A stretch of 64,000 bases of DNA from Patescibacteria group bacterium (GTDB lineage: Bacteria; Patescibacteriota; Minisyncoccia; Phycocordibacterales; UBA918), in the NCBI GenBank assembly GCA_038065355.1, contig JBBTRC010000007.1, positions 42,333 to 106,332 on the forward strand. The letters are read 5' to 3'. Shown here piece after piece: positions 53,190 to 61,593 of the stretch (position 1 is the stretch's first letter; each line of letters begins with the position of its first letter). Made by a program: the position numbers and the translations under genes. The notes under the pieces were generated by a model. That model made no database searches and was not told where the DNA came from. It saw only the letters and a program-made list of their open reading frames with translations.

Positions 53190-54272
53190 ATGGATCCAGT
53201 GATGATTTTGATTGGGTTGGCGATTGTTATTTTGCTTGTCTTAGTCTACGGGCTGTTTTTCCGGAAGCCACCAGCGCCCGACAACCAAGGCCTCATCCTT
53301 ATGCAGCAACGCCTGGAGGAGCTGACCCGCACCATGGACAGTCGCTTGGGTGAGACCAACAAAGCCATGCAGGAGGGGGCACGTCTACAATTTCGCGAAA
53401 GCAAGGAGTTGATTCAGGAGATCAACAAAGAAATGAATGAGCAACTCCGTAATGTCGTGAAGGGTGTGACAGAAGTGCAAGAAAGTTCCAAGCAAGTTTT
53501 CAGCGTGGCCGAGCAGTTGCAGAATCTTGAAAAGGTTTTAAAACACCAGAAGCAACGAGGGAATTTGGGAGAGGCCAGCCTACAGTTGGCGCTTGAGAAC
53601 ATGCTACCGGCCGGTGCCTACCGGATACAGTACCAATTTCCAGGTGGCGAAACTGTCGATGCAGTCATTGAAACGAAAGACGGCTTGATTCCGGTTGATG
53701 CGAAGTTTTCGCTCGACAATTATCGCCGTCTCGTCGACGCGCAGACCGACTCCGAGCGAGAACTTCTAGAGAAAGAATTCAAAAACGACCTCAAAAAACG
53801 CATCGACGAGACGGCGAAATACATTCGTCCGAAAGACGGCACCCTGCCGTTTGCTTTTATGTACATTCCGGCCGAGGCGATTTACTACGATCTGTTGGTA
53901 AACGAAGTTGGTTCAATCAAGGTCAATACGCGCTCGCTCATCGACTACGCATATAAAGACAAGAACGTGATCATTGTCTCACCGACGACCTTCACTGCCT
54001 ATCTGCAGTCTGTCTTGTACGGTTTTCGGGCGTTTAAGATTGAAGAGAGCGCCAAGCAAATCGGGAAGCAAGTCGAACTCCTCGGCCGACATCTCCAGGC
54101 CTACGACGAATATTTTAAAAAGGTCGGCAATTCGCTCGGCACCACCGTCAACCACTACAATGCTGCGCAAAAAGAACTCGGAAAAATAGACAAAGATGTG
54201 GCGAAGATAGCGGGTGAGGGAATGGAGATAGAAATGCTGGCGCTGGAGAAACCGGATAGGACAGAGGAATAG
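53190..54272 (+). CDS. rmuC: DNA recombination protein RmuC
   Basis: N-terminal TM, long coiled-coil, C-terminal RmuC nuclease-like domain (...DGLIPVDAKFSLDNYRR...FAFMYIPAEAIYYD...). Confidence 0.8.
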   Translation: MDPVMILIGLAIVILLVLVYGLFFRKPPAPDNQGLILMQQRLEELTRTMDSRLGETNKAMQEGARLQFRESKELIQEINKEMNEQLRNVVKGVTEVQESSKQVFSVAEQLQNLEKVLKHQKQRGNLGEASLQLALENMLPAGAYRIQYQFPGGETVDAVIETKDGLIPVDAKFSLDNYRRLVDAQTDSERELLEKEFKNDLKKRIDETAKYIRPKDGTLPFAFMYIPAEAIYYDLLVNEVGSIKVNTRSLIDYAYKDKNVIIVSPTTFTAYLQSVLYGFRAFKIEESAKQIGKQVELLGRHLQAYDEYFKKVGNSLGTTVNHYNAAQKELGKIDKDVAKIAGEGMEIEMLALEKPDRTEE

Positions 54273-54340
54273 AAAATATAGAATAGAGGACAGAAAATAG
54301 GGAAGAGAAAAGAGAGTACGGAATAGAAAGTAAGTAAAAG
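54243..54340 (+). repeat. Polypurine low-complexity tract with degenerate GGAATAGAAA-type repeats
   Basis: About 95 nt that are over 90% purine on the plus strand, between the rmuC stop and its terminator. Confidence 0.6.
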
Positions 54341-54378
54341 AAAACCGCGCCAATGCAAGTGCATGGCGCGGCGGTTTC
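54341..54378 (+). terminator. Rho-independent terminator after rmuC
   Basis: CCGCGCCAATGCA/TGCATGGCGCGG hairpin then CGGTTTCT. Confidence 0.6.
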
Positions 54379-54606
54379 TGATGCGCGACTTATTTAGTTC
54401 CGAGCACCAAAAACAAAGGAATGAAGCAAGCAATTAAGAAGAAAATCGCCGAGACAACTTTTCGGTTGATCCCGAAGAAGTTGGCAATCGGAACTTCGAT
54501 CGTCGCGTTCAGTCTTTCAAAATATGCTCGCATGGTGACTCCTTTTAAGTTCCATCTATCATTATACACGAAAAATGCAAAAAGTCAAGTATGCGCTGGA
54601 ACAGCC

Positions 54607-54634
54607 TTGCAAAAAGGCTCGATTCTTGTATACT
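54607..54634 (+). promoter_or_regulatory. Sigma-70-like promoter TTGCAA-16-TATACT upstream of rplU
   Basis: Near-consensus hexamers 10 nt before the rplU ATG region. Confidence 0.45.
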
Positions 54635-54644
54635 CTCGGTTCAT

Positions 54645-54974
54645 ATGGCAACAAAAACTAATACCCAATCTTTTGCCGTGATCTCAACCGGCGGCAAGCA
54701 ATATGTCGTCCACGAAGGCGATGTGCTTAAGGTTGAGCTCCTCGGCGACCATAAAGAGGGCGACAAAATCACCTTTGACAGCGTGCTGATGACTGACGAT
54801 GGCGCAAAGGCTAAAATCGGCGCACCGACAACTGGCGGCAAAGTCACCGCGACCTATCTCGGCGAGAAAAAGGGCAAGAAGCTCACCATCATCCGCTACA
54901 AAGCCAAGAGCAACCGCGACCGCCGCCTCGGCCATCGCCAACACTACGCAGAAATAAAGATTGAGAAGATTTAG
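54645..54974 (+). CDS. rplU: 50S ribosomal protein L21
   Basis: MATKTNTQSFAVISTGGKQYVVHEGDVLKVE...GKKLTIIRYKAKSNRDRRLGHRQHYAEIKIEKI. Confidence 0.9.
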   Translation: MATKTNTQSFAVISTGGKQYVVHEGDVLKVELLGDHKEGDKITFDSVLMTDDGAKAKIGAPTTGGKVTATYLGEKKGKKLTIIRYKAKSNRDRRLGHRQHYAEIKIEKI

Positions 54975-54980
54975 TAAAAA

Positions 54981-55045
54981 TTCCCCGAAGACCGGGGAAT
55001 TTTTAAAAGCCGGTGAACCTGAGAAGGTTCACCGGCGCGTTTTTG
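54981..55045 (+). terminator. Tandem hairpin terminators after rplU
   Basis: TTCCCCG-AAGAC-CGGGGAA+TTTTT, then GCCGGTGAACCT-GAGAA-GGTTCACCGGC+GCGTTTTT. Confidence 0.7.
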
Positions 55046-55316
55046 GCAGGTCTTTCTCCATCACTACCAAACTGCGACTACGTGGCAGGGGAGTGAGCGC
55101 CTGCCACGCGAGTATGTGCTCATAGGTGTGGCGGGCGGTTCGGGGAAACTTATCCAGAAGTTCAACGTAGTACACATGGCAGGTGGTGAGAAAATACGTC
55201 GGTTCGCCTGCCTGCTGTTTTTTAAAACGGAGGTATTCAAAAAGTTCCTGCAAGGTGAACGAAGCCTCGATGCCATCTCTGTCGACGACAATGGTGTAGG
55301 TGCCATCAATCTTCAT
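55029..55316 (-). CDS. Hypothetical protein
   Basis: 95 aa. The 3' end lies inside the second rplU terminator hairpin, so doubtful. Confidence 0.25.
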   Translation of the reverse strand: MKIDGTYTIVVDRDGIEASFTLQELFEYLRFKKQQAGEPTYFLTTCHVYYVELLDKFPRTARHTYEHILAWQALTPLPRSRSLVVMEKDLPKTRR

Positions 55317-55644
55317 TAATGAACCTCCTTTCCTCCCTTACCCTACAAAAAGATGCGTCCATACGCAATTTGACAATGAGTATTTGAAATGTATAATATC
55401 GAGAGTTGAGTTTTGTTGCGTCTTTCAGTGTTATCAAAAACCACAAAGAGGGAGAACACGATGTTGGAGAATAATCCCGAAACATACGCTGACACACTCG
55501 AAGGTCGTCTGGTCGACGAAAAGATCAGTCCACGTCGCGAGCCGGTTCGTTATGATCATGACACGACGGTCGACGAGGACACACTGTACGACGAAAGACG
55601 TTGACGATAGGCGGTCTCGCTTTGCGAGACCGCCACAACATTAT

Positions 55645-56259
55645 TTACGCGCGATTTTTCAGCGCGTTTTTTATTGTCTCAGCGTCAGCGTACTCGAGCT
55701 CGCTGCCGGTTGAAAGTCCGCGGCCCAGGTGGGAGATTTTTCCGCCAGTGTTTTTTAGTATCGGTGCAACAATTGACTCGACAAACCGAGCGGTGTTTTC
55801 GCCATCGGGGTTAATTGAAAAGCCAAGTATTACTTCCTGCAAATTGTCCTTGGCTCGTGCCTCTACTGTGGCCTTGAGCGCACCGCCACGCAGTTTTTGC
55901 GAGTCGACCGAGTTTAGAAGTGGCACGGTACCGCCGAGTACAAAGTACAACCCGTCGTACACTCCAGCTCGTTCGATGGCCTGGATATCTGAATCGCGCT
56001 CGACGACCAGGAGTCGCGCGTGGTTACGGCTTGACAAGGTGCAAATTGAGCACAGCCGTTCTTCCGTGGTTGTTGAAAAAAAGCGATGGCAGCTCTGACA
56101 CTCGACGACCGTTGATTGGATGTTGGTGATGAGTTTGGCGAGTTCGGCGATGTCGGCCGGGTTCAGAGTGAGTACGTGGAAAGCAAACCGTTTGGCCTGG
56201 CGTGCGCCAACACCCGGGAATTTTTCAAAGAGGGTAATGAGTTTGTCTAAATCGGACAT
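55645..56259 (-). CDS. recR: Recombination protein RecR
   Basis: HhH FPGVGARQAKRFAFHVL, C4 zinc finger CQSCHRF...CSIC, Toprim domain. Confidence 0.9.
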   Translation of the reverse strand: MSDLDKLITLFEKFPGVGARQAKRFAFHVLTLNPADIAELAKLITNIQSTVVECQSCHRFFSTTTEERLCSICTLSSRNHARLLVVERDSDIQAIERAGVYDGLYFVLGGTVPLLNSVDSQKLRGGALKATVEARAKDNLQEVILGFSINPDGENTARFVESIVAPILKNTGGKISHLGRGLSTGSELEYADAETIKNALKNRA

Positions 56260-56369
56260 ACGAGAAAGTGTATCATTGTTTGGTGTTCTGCCGTCCAGCG
56301 ATTTGGCTCGGGGAAAAGAGCCAAATCGGGACGTAAATTCACAATAGTCGCTTCCGCTCGTTTGTTCAT

Positions 56370-57746
56370 TTAAAAATCCTCACCGCCTCCAGCAGCGGCA
56401 TGCTGGGTATCGAGATTGAGGAAGCGGACGTGCTTGTCGTCGAAGTAGAGTTCAGCCTTGCCGACCGGGCCATTGCGGTGCTTTTCAACCAGAATTTCCG
56501 CGATATTCGGCCGTTCGGATTCTTTATCTTTGTTCATTTTGTCTTCGCGATGAATAAACATCACCACGTCAGCATCTTGCTCGATAGAGCCAGAGTCGCG
56601 AAGGTCGGAGAGACGTGGCTTGCCGCCGCGTTGTTCGACTGCTCGCGAGAGCTGTGAAATTGCCAACACTGGTATTTCAAGCTCGCGCGCGAGGATTTTG
56701 AGTGAGCGAGAAATCTCGGTCACTTGTTGCACCATACTGTCGCTGCTCTTCGTCAGAGTGGGGGACATAAGCTGGAGGTAGTCGACAATCAGCATGTCGA
56801 GCCCGTATTCGTTCTTGAGCCGCCTGGCGGCCGAACGCATCTTCACAATGTTGAGTGCCGCCTCATCGATGATGTGAATGGGCGCCTTATGGAGTTTGGT
56901 CATGGCGGCTTGGAGCGCTTCGTACTCATGGTCGTTGGAGAGGCGGCCAGTGCGTAGTTTCCAGGAGTCCACACCCGCTTCGGCCGCCAGCATGCGATCG
57001 ACAAGCTGCTGATCACTCATTTCGAGCGAAAAGATACCAACCGAAGCGTTGTATTTAAGCGCGGCGTTTCTCGCGATATCAAGCGCAAAGGTCGTCTTAC
57101 CCATAGAAGGCCGCGCTGCAATGATGATTAAGTCGGATTTCTGAAAACCAGCCAGCAAGTTGTCGATCGCGGTGTAGCCGGAGGGAACGCCGCGTTGAAT
57201 GTGTTGGTTCTCGCTCAAATGTTCAAAGCGTTCCCAGGCTTCTTGGAGAGCGCTTCCGATGGTGCGGAATTTTTGTGCGCTCGGCGCTTGGGTAGCCTGG
57301 AAGATTTTTTTCTCGGCTTGGTCAAGCGCTTCGTCGACGCTCTCCGGATCGGAGTAGCCGATCTCGGCAATGTCGTCGGCCGCATGAATGAGGCCACGTA
57401 AAGTCGCCTTGGCCTGCACTTGGTCGGCGTAGTACGAAGCGTTGCCGGCGGCGGGGACAGTCTCGATGAGCTCGGTCACGTAAGCCGCGCCGCCGACACG
57501 CTCCAGCTGTGACATTTCCTTGAGCTTCGTCACGACCGACACGAGATCGATCGGGTCGCCCTTGGAAAACAATTTCTGAATGGCGTCGTAGATCTGGCGG
57601 TGTTTGTCAGCGTAAAAGCTCTCTGGGAATACGGTCACCGATACATCGTGCATCACATCCGGCTTTAGGATGATGGCTCCGAGGAGCGCCTTTTCGGCGT
57701 CGACGTTATGCGGTGGGTTGCGGAGCGAACGGTTGGTGTCGGCCAT
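56370..57746 (-). CDS. dnaB: Replicative DNA helicase DnaB
   Basis: N-terminal PPHNVDAEKALLGAIIL, Walker A GARPSMGKTTFAL, RecA-fold C-terminal domain. Confidence 0.9.
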   Translation of the reverse strand: MADTNRSLRNPPHNVDAEKALLGAIILKPDVMHDVSVTVFPESFYADKHRQIYDAIQKLFSKGDPIDLVSVVTKLKEMSQLERVGGAAYVTELIETVPAAGNASYYADQVQAKATLRGLIHAADDIAEIGYSDPESVDEALDQAEKKIFQATQAPSAQKFRTIGSALQEAWERFEHLSENQHIQRGVPSGYTAIDNLLAGFQKSDLIIIAARPSMGKTTFALDIARNAALKYNASVGIFSLEMSDQQLVDRMLAAEAGVDSWKLRTGRLSNDHEYEALQAAMTKLHKAPIHIIDEAALNIVKMRSAARRLKNEYGLDMLIVDYLQLMSPTLTKSSDSMVQQVTEISRSLKILARELEIPVLAISQLSRAVEQRGGKPRLSDLRDSGSIEQDADVVMFIHREDKMNKDKESERPNIAEILVEKHRNGPVGKAELYFDDKHVRFLNLDTQHAAAGGGEDF

Positions 57747-57882
57747 AGGTAAGACCTAGTGTAGCAAATTTATCAGACCCTTGTTTTTGGGCCGTTTCGA
57801 ACAAAATAGGGGATTACCTGTGAATATTGACATTTTAGTAATTTCGTGTATAATAAAAGAGAAACCAAGAAAGGTTCTTTGA

Positions 57883-58116
57883 ATGAGCAGATTGGGTGTT
57901 CAAGAAATACAAGAAATCGAAGAGTCAGCGAAAAGCTCTGCCGCCGGGACGAAACTGACGTTCAATGCGATATTGGGCATGATTATGCTCGCGGCACTGG
58001 CCCCTGGTCTCATCCGCCTATTTTTTACGGACGCCGGACACACTCTCGCTGAAACCTCTGAGACCATGGTGTTTTTCGTCGCAGCGGCGACGTTGAAATA
58101 CATCAGAAAAGGTTGA
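57883..58116 (+). CDS. Hypothetical small membrane protein
   Basis: 77 aa, two hydrophobic segments, followed by a strong terminator. Confidence 0.35.
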   Translation: MSRLGVQEIQEIEESAKSSAAGTKLTFNAILGMIMLAALAPGLIRLFFTDAGHTLAETSETMVFFVAAATLKYIRKG

Positions 58117-58133
58117 GGCGGCAAACAGTCTCT

Positions 58134-58172
58134 AAGCCGCAGCGGAAATTCATTTCCGCTGCGGTATTTTTA
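58134..58172 (+). terminator. Rho-independent terminator
   Basis: 13-bp stem CCGCAGCGGAAAT/ATTTCCGCTGCGG then TATTTTTATT. Confidence 0.75.
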
Positions 58173-58191
58173 TTAAACAATTTTTGTTGCA

Positions 58192-58300
58192 CCACCACCT
58201 TCCATCACACTCAGAGAGTAGTGACTATGGCTGGGTGGGTTTGGCTGGGGCAGCCAAGGAGCGTGCGATTCGAGTGTGATGGAAGGTGGTGGATTTTTAC
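58192..58300 (+). repeat. 21-bp perfect inverted repeat (arms 58192-58212 and 58272-58292) enclosing a 59-nt loop, followed by ATTTTTAC
   Basis: CCACCACCTTCCATCACACTC ... GAGTGTGATGGAAGGTGGTGG. Unusually long perfect stem immediately after another terminator. Confidence 0.85.
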
Positions 58301-58308
58301 TCCACTAT

Positions 58309-58415
58309 TGTCACCTTTGGGCAGTGAGCAGTGTCTTCAAGCTGGTAGCCTTTGAGTTTTATCGCGTCGCGCAGTGTATCAGCCTCAAGCCAATTGCAGG
58401 CGATACTCCGGGACT
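58309..58415 (-). pseudogene. Diverged duplicate of the cysS 3' end (C-terminal ~35 codons), gene fragment
   Basis: Minus-strand translation ...NWLEADTLRDAIKLKGYQLEDTAHCPKVT matches the CysS C-terminus ...NWIEADTLRDAIKLKGYQLEDTPHGPKVTKAE (61593..). DNA about 78% identical with no indels. Confidence 0.75.
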
Positions 58416-58514
58416 TATACACCGTACTGGTCGTAGAGCGCGTTGTTTTCTATTTGTAAACGATATAATGGAGGAGAAGCTTTTTAATATTTACGTAACT
58501 ACTAAAACAATCGT

Positions 58515-58880
58515 ATGGGAAAGCCGTTGATTATGATGATGATCTTGATGCTTATCGCGCTATTTTTTGCCGGGCAGGGCGTGTACATGCACCACAAGGT
58601 GGCAATAGAAGAAGCGACGTTTCACGCGTTGCAACAGGATTACTTTATTCTTTCAAAAGCGGAGCGCGAGGCGGCACCGACTGGTTCAGAGCTCAACCAG
58701 CGACTGGTCGAGATTCAAAATTATCCATCAACTCTGCTTGAGCTTAAGCTCGTCGGAGTAGGGAAGATTCTGACCGGTATCTTCGTGTTGCTATTCGGCA
58801 TTTTGATCGCGCTTATCATGATGCCAGTTCGCCTTGGTAACCGCGTTGGTAACATTATTAAAACTCAGCAAAGCTCATAA
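58515..58880 (+). CDS. Hypothetical membrane protein (N- and C-terminal TM helices, coiled-coil middle)
   Basis: 121-aa ORF. GTG/ATG start after an AT-rich region. No recognisable domain. Confidence 0.4.
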   Translation: MGKPLIMMMILMLIALFFAGQGVYMHHKVAIEEATFHALQQDYFILSKAEREAAPTGSELNQRLVEIQNYPSTLLELKLVGVGKILTGIFVLLFGILIALIMMPVRLGNRVGNIIKTQQSS

Positions 58881-58888
58881 ATATTTCT

Positions 58889-60007
58889 GTGGCCGCGAAT
58901 ACGTTTGACCGGATTATTATCGGAGCCGGTTTCGCTGGCTTGTCGGCCGCGTACCACTTCAGTCTACTCGGTGAACGGGTAGTGGTGCTCGACCGTGGTT
59001 CAGGAAAGGACAACGCCAGCTTCGCTTCAACAGCGGAAATGAACCATGACCCGGATGTCAATTGGGACAAAGTTATTGCTGTGCACGGACTCGAGGCCGC
59101 CAAAGACATTTGGCAATTGACCGAAAAAGCCATCGTGCTGCTGACAGCTTTTGCACACAGAGAGGGTAGCGAGCACTTTGAAGCCAAGCGCGTACCCGCG
59201 CACATGTTCAGCACGACCGCAGAGGGGAGAAGCGCGATTGAACACAAATACGGACGCTATCGGGCGCTTGGCGCAAAAGTGACGCTTGAATCTAATCCTC
59301 ACCTGCTCCATCCATCTTTCAAAGCCGCGCTCACGCTCGTGGGGGATGGGCGTACCAACAATCAGGCGATTTTGCGCACGCTTCGGCGAGCGGTAAAACA
59401 AAATGGCGGGATGGTTTATCACCAGAGGGAAGTGGAGCACATTGAGCCAGGGTCTCCGGTTCATGTGCATACCAGCCACGGCGAGGTGCTCTCTGCCCGG
59501 CGAGTCTTGGTGGCGACTGGTGATCAGTCAATTCCGAAGTTGAAGCGTTTTCCGATTGAGCGACAGCGCACGTACGTTGTTCGCTATGAGTCGCCGCGCT
59601 TAGCCGAGTTGTACCGCACCGCTATGATGTGGGATGTCGCCGAACCATTTCACTACATTCGCTCCTTTGCAGGGCGGCAACTGTGGGTTGGCGGCGAAGA
59701 TGCGCGGGCGGACTCGACGACAAAACACACCGAGTCACAAGCGCTCAAACGACTCCATGAATTTTCCAAGGAAGTGCTACGGCTTGATCGTTCATACACA
59801 CCAACCGGCCATTGGAGCGGGGTCTTTTTCCCGACCGCTCGTTCTCTGCCATACATTATTCCAGCTGATGAAAGCGGTATTGGGTACAGTATTGGTTTTG
59901 GCGGTTCGGGGTTACTGATGAGTTTTGTATCCGGCTACTTGCAAGCCAAGTGGGCGAAAAAACAAGAATCGCATTATCAGCATTTGTTCGCAGATGATCG
60001 AAGATGA
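58889..60007 (+). CDS. FAD-dependent oxidoreductase (DAO family, glycine/D-amino-acid oxidase-like)
   Basis: N-terminal Rossmann motif DRIIIGAGFAGLSAAYHF...VVVLDRG. 372 aa. Confidence 0.75.
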   Translation: MAANTFDRIIIGAGFAGLSAAYHFSLLGERVVVLDRGSGKDNASFASTAEMNHDPDVNWDKVIAVHGLEAAKDIWQLTEKAIVLLTAFAHREGSEHFEAKRVPAHMFSTTAEGRSAIEHKYGRYRALGAKVTLESNPHLLHPSFKAALTLVGDGRTNNQAILRTLRRAVKQNGGMVYHQREVEHIEPGSPVHVHTSHGEVLSARRVLVATGDQSIPKLKRFPIERQRTYVVRYESPRLAELYRTAMMWDVAEPFHYIRSFAGRQLWVGGEDARADSTTKHTESQALKRLHEFSKEVLRLDRSYTPTGHWSGVFFPTARSLPYIIPADESGIGYSIGFGGSGLLMSFVSGYLQAKWAKKQESHYQHLFADDRR

Positions 60008-60106
60008 TCGAAGATGAAGAACACATGAAAGAAAAGCGGTACTACGTCGTAGTAACGAAAGGAGTAAACCGGTTTTTGTTCTTGCATCTTAAAGGAGGAG
60101 ATCTCT

Positions 60107-60547
60107 GTGACAGAACTTTCGTCTGGCCAGCCAGGTGAACGTTTCGTGCTACCGCACGATGAGATGGCGTTTCGTCGAGTCTACCGCGAGCTACTTGCTC
60201 GCGAAGCTATTACCACGGTCTTTCGGCCGGGCAAACGTCAGTGCGGCGACTGGCGCGGTTACTGTCCTGGTGACATTGTGACTGCAAAAGTGATTGCGGA
60301 GGTGGGTTTGGATCGCGCGCGCGTAGCGCCGATTTTCTTACCCGAACCGCGCAAAGTGATTCGAATCGATGAAGTTAAACTCGTTCGAATCGGTGACTTG
60401 GAGGCGCATGATTTCGTAAACGCAACTCCGGATGTGACATCAAAAGCCCAACTACAATGGCATCTTGGTCTTGTATACAACTTGGACAAAGAGACGCTTA
60501 GCGATGACACGCCTATCACAAAGATTACATTCAGCTACCAGCGCTAA
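60107..60547 (+). CDS. Hypothetical protein, possible ASCH/PUA-like beta-barrel
   Basis: GTG start 7 nt after SD AAAGGAGGAG. 146 aa. Weak resemblance to ASCH. Confidence 0.4.
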   Translation: MTELSSGQPGERFVLPHDEMAFRRVYRELLAREAITTVFRPGKRQCGDWRGYCPGDIVTAKVIAEVGLDRARVAPIFLPEPRKVIRIDEVKLVRIGDLEAHDFVNATPDVTSKAQLQWHLGLVYNLDKETLSDDTPITKITFSYQR

Positions 60548-60563
60548 CAAAGGAAAGGTCTCT

Positions 60564-61538
60564 ATGACACAACTATATCGCCTCGCAACACTGCCGCATG
60601 GCAACCCGAACTCGCTTGAAGATTTTGAAACGTACGACCTGACGCCGATCGACCACGAGTATCCCGGTCGCTTTGCGAAAAAAGCCAACCACGTGTTTCG
60701 TTCACTCGACCTACCGATTGGTTTTGCCATGGTGGTGGCTGACCCGAAGGAGGCAGATGCTGTCTATGATAATTTTCGTAAAGATCCAAAATATCGCGGT
60801 GGCGGAACCGGTTCTGGTTTTAAAAATAAAGCACCGGCCTTTCTCGACGTTTTGGATCCACTCGCACGTCGGATCGATGCCGTCAATGTGGTGGTCAAAA
60901 AGGATGGTGCACTCCACGGGTACAACACCGACGGTACGGGCTTTGTGTTCGGACTCAAGGAATTGTTCGCTTGGGAAAAAGACATACACTCTCTTATGGG
61001 TGCAAAAGTGTTGCTCGTTGGTGCCGGTGGCACTGCTGACGCTATTGCCTTTGCGCTCGCCGGTGAGCTTGTACAACTTGATATTGTCAACCGAACAGCT
61101 GAAAAAGCAGTCAAGCTGGCAGAACGCATCACCCACACGCTAGGTATACGAGCTACGGGTTACGGTGAAGACGCGCTTGCCAGGCTAGTGCCCGACGCAG
61201 ACATTATCATCAATGCCTCGACAAAAAGCGCCGAAGGTCCGCTCAAGGACTTTGCCGCCCTCTCATCCGCCGACGGCGATCTTGAGCACAATCTTCGCGA
61301 TAGTGAGCGAGTGATTGCGACAGCCAAACGCTCGGCGGTCGTGTGCGACGTGAATCTCCGCGATAGCGTGTCGCCCACGTTGTCTCTGGCCAAGCAGTAC
61401 GGGCTTCTGACACAGGACGGCCGAGCCATGAACTTCCACCAAGCGGTGGAGGCGCTCTGGCTCATTCATGCCGATGACTTTAGGACTCAGGAAGCAGATA
61501 AACGCACCGTTGCTCGACTCATTGAAGCGGTCTCATGA
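60564..61538 (+). CDS. aroE: Shikimate/quinate 5-dehydrogenase family protein (AroE-like)
   Basis: GYNTDGTGFV (NTDxxG substrate motif), VLLVGAGGTADAIAFAL (NAD(P) Rossmann), IVNRT and IIINAS motifs. Aligns along the length of E. coli AroE. Confidence 0.7.
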   Translation: MTQLYRLATLPHGNPNSLEDFETYDLTPIDHEYPGRFAKKANHVFRSLDLPIGFAMVVADPKEADAVYDNFRKDPKYRGGGTGSGFKNKAPAFLDVLDPLARRIDAVNVVVKKDGALHGYNTDGTGFVFGLKELFAWEKDIHSLMGAKVLLVGAGGTADAIAFALAGELVQLDIVNRTAEKAVKLAERITHTLGIRATGYGEDALARLVPDADIIINASTKSAEGPLKDFAALSSADGDLEHNLRDSERVIATAKRSAVVCDVNLRDSVSPTLSLAKQYGLLTQDGRAMNFHQAVEALWLIHADDFRTQEADKRTVARLIEAVS

Positions 61539-61560
61539 CTTCGTAAGTTAAAAAATATAG

Positions 61561-61593
61561 AAAACCGACGCCACACTGTGGCGTCGGTTTTTT
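61561..61593. terminator. Bidirectional terminator between AroE-like gene and cysS
   Basis: AAAACCGACGCC-ACACTGT-GGCGTCGGTTTTTT. Confidence 0.75.

Noticed and set aside
54243-54340. Possible CRISPR-like or minisatellite array in the purine-rich repeats
   Set aside because: The units are degenerate, there are no spacers of defined length, and no cas genes are nearby. It is reported only as a low-complexity tract.
55413-55604. 63-aa plus-strand ORF (acidic, MLENNPETYADTLEGRLVDEK...)
   Set aside because: It is short, with no SD or promoter that I could support, and lies in a region crowded with overlapping spurious frames. Left uncalled.
55610-55635. 11-bp GC hairpin GGCGGTCTCGC-TTTG-GCGAGACCGCC between a small plus ORF and recR
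   Set aside because: There is no flanking T-run on either strand, so it was not called as a terminator. It may still be a structural element.
59987-60010. Tandem 10-bp repeat GATGATCGAA x2 overlapping the stop codon of the FAD oxidoreductase
   Set aside because: Only two copies, and likely a trivial slipped-strand duplication. The stop codon falls inside the second copy, so the duplication may have shifted the C-terminus slightly, but there is no clear functional implication.
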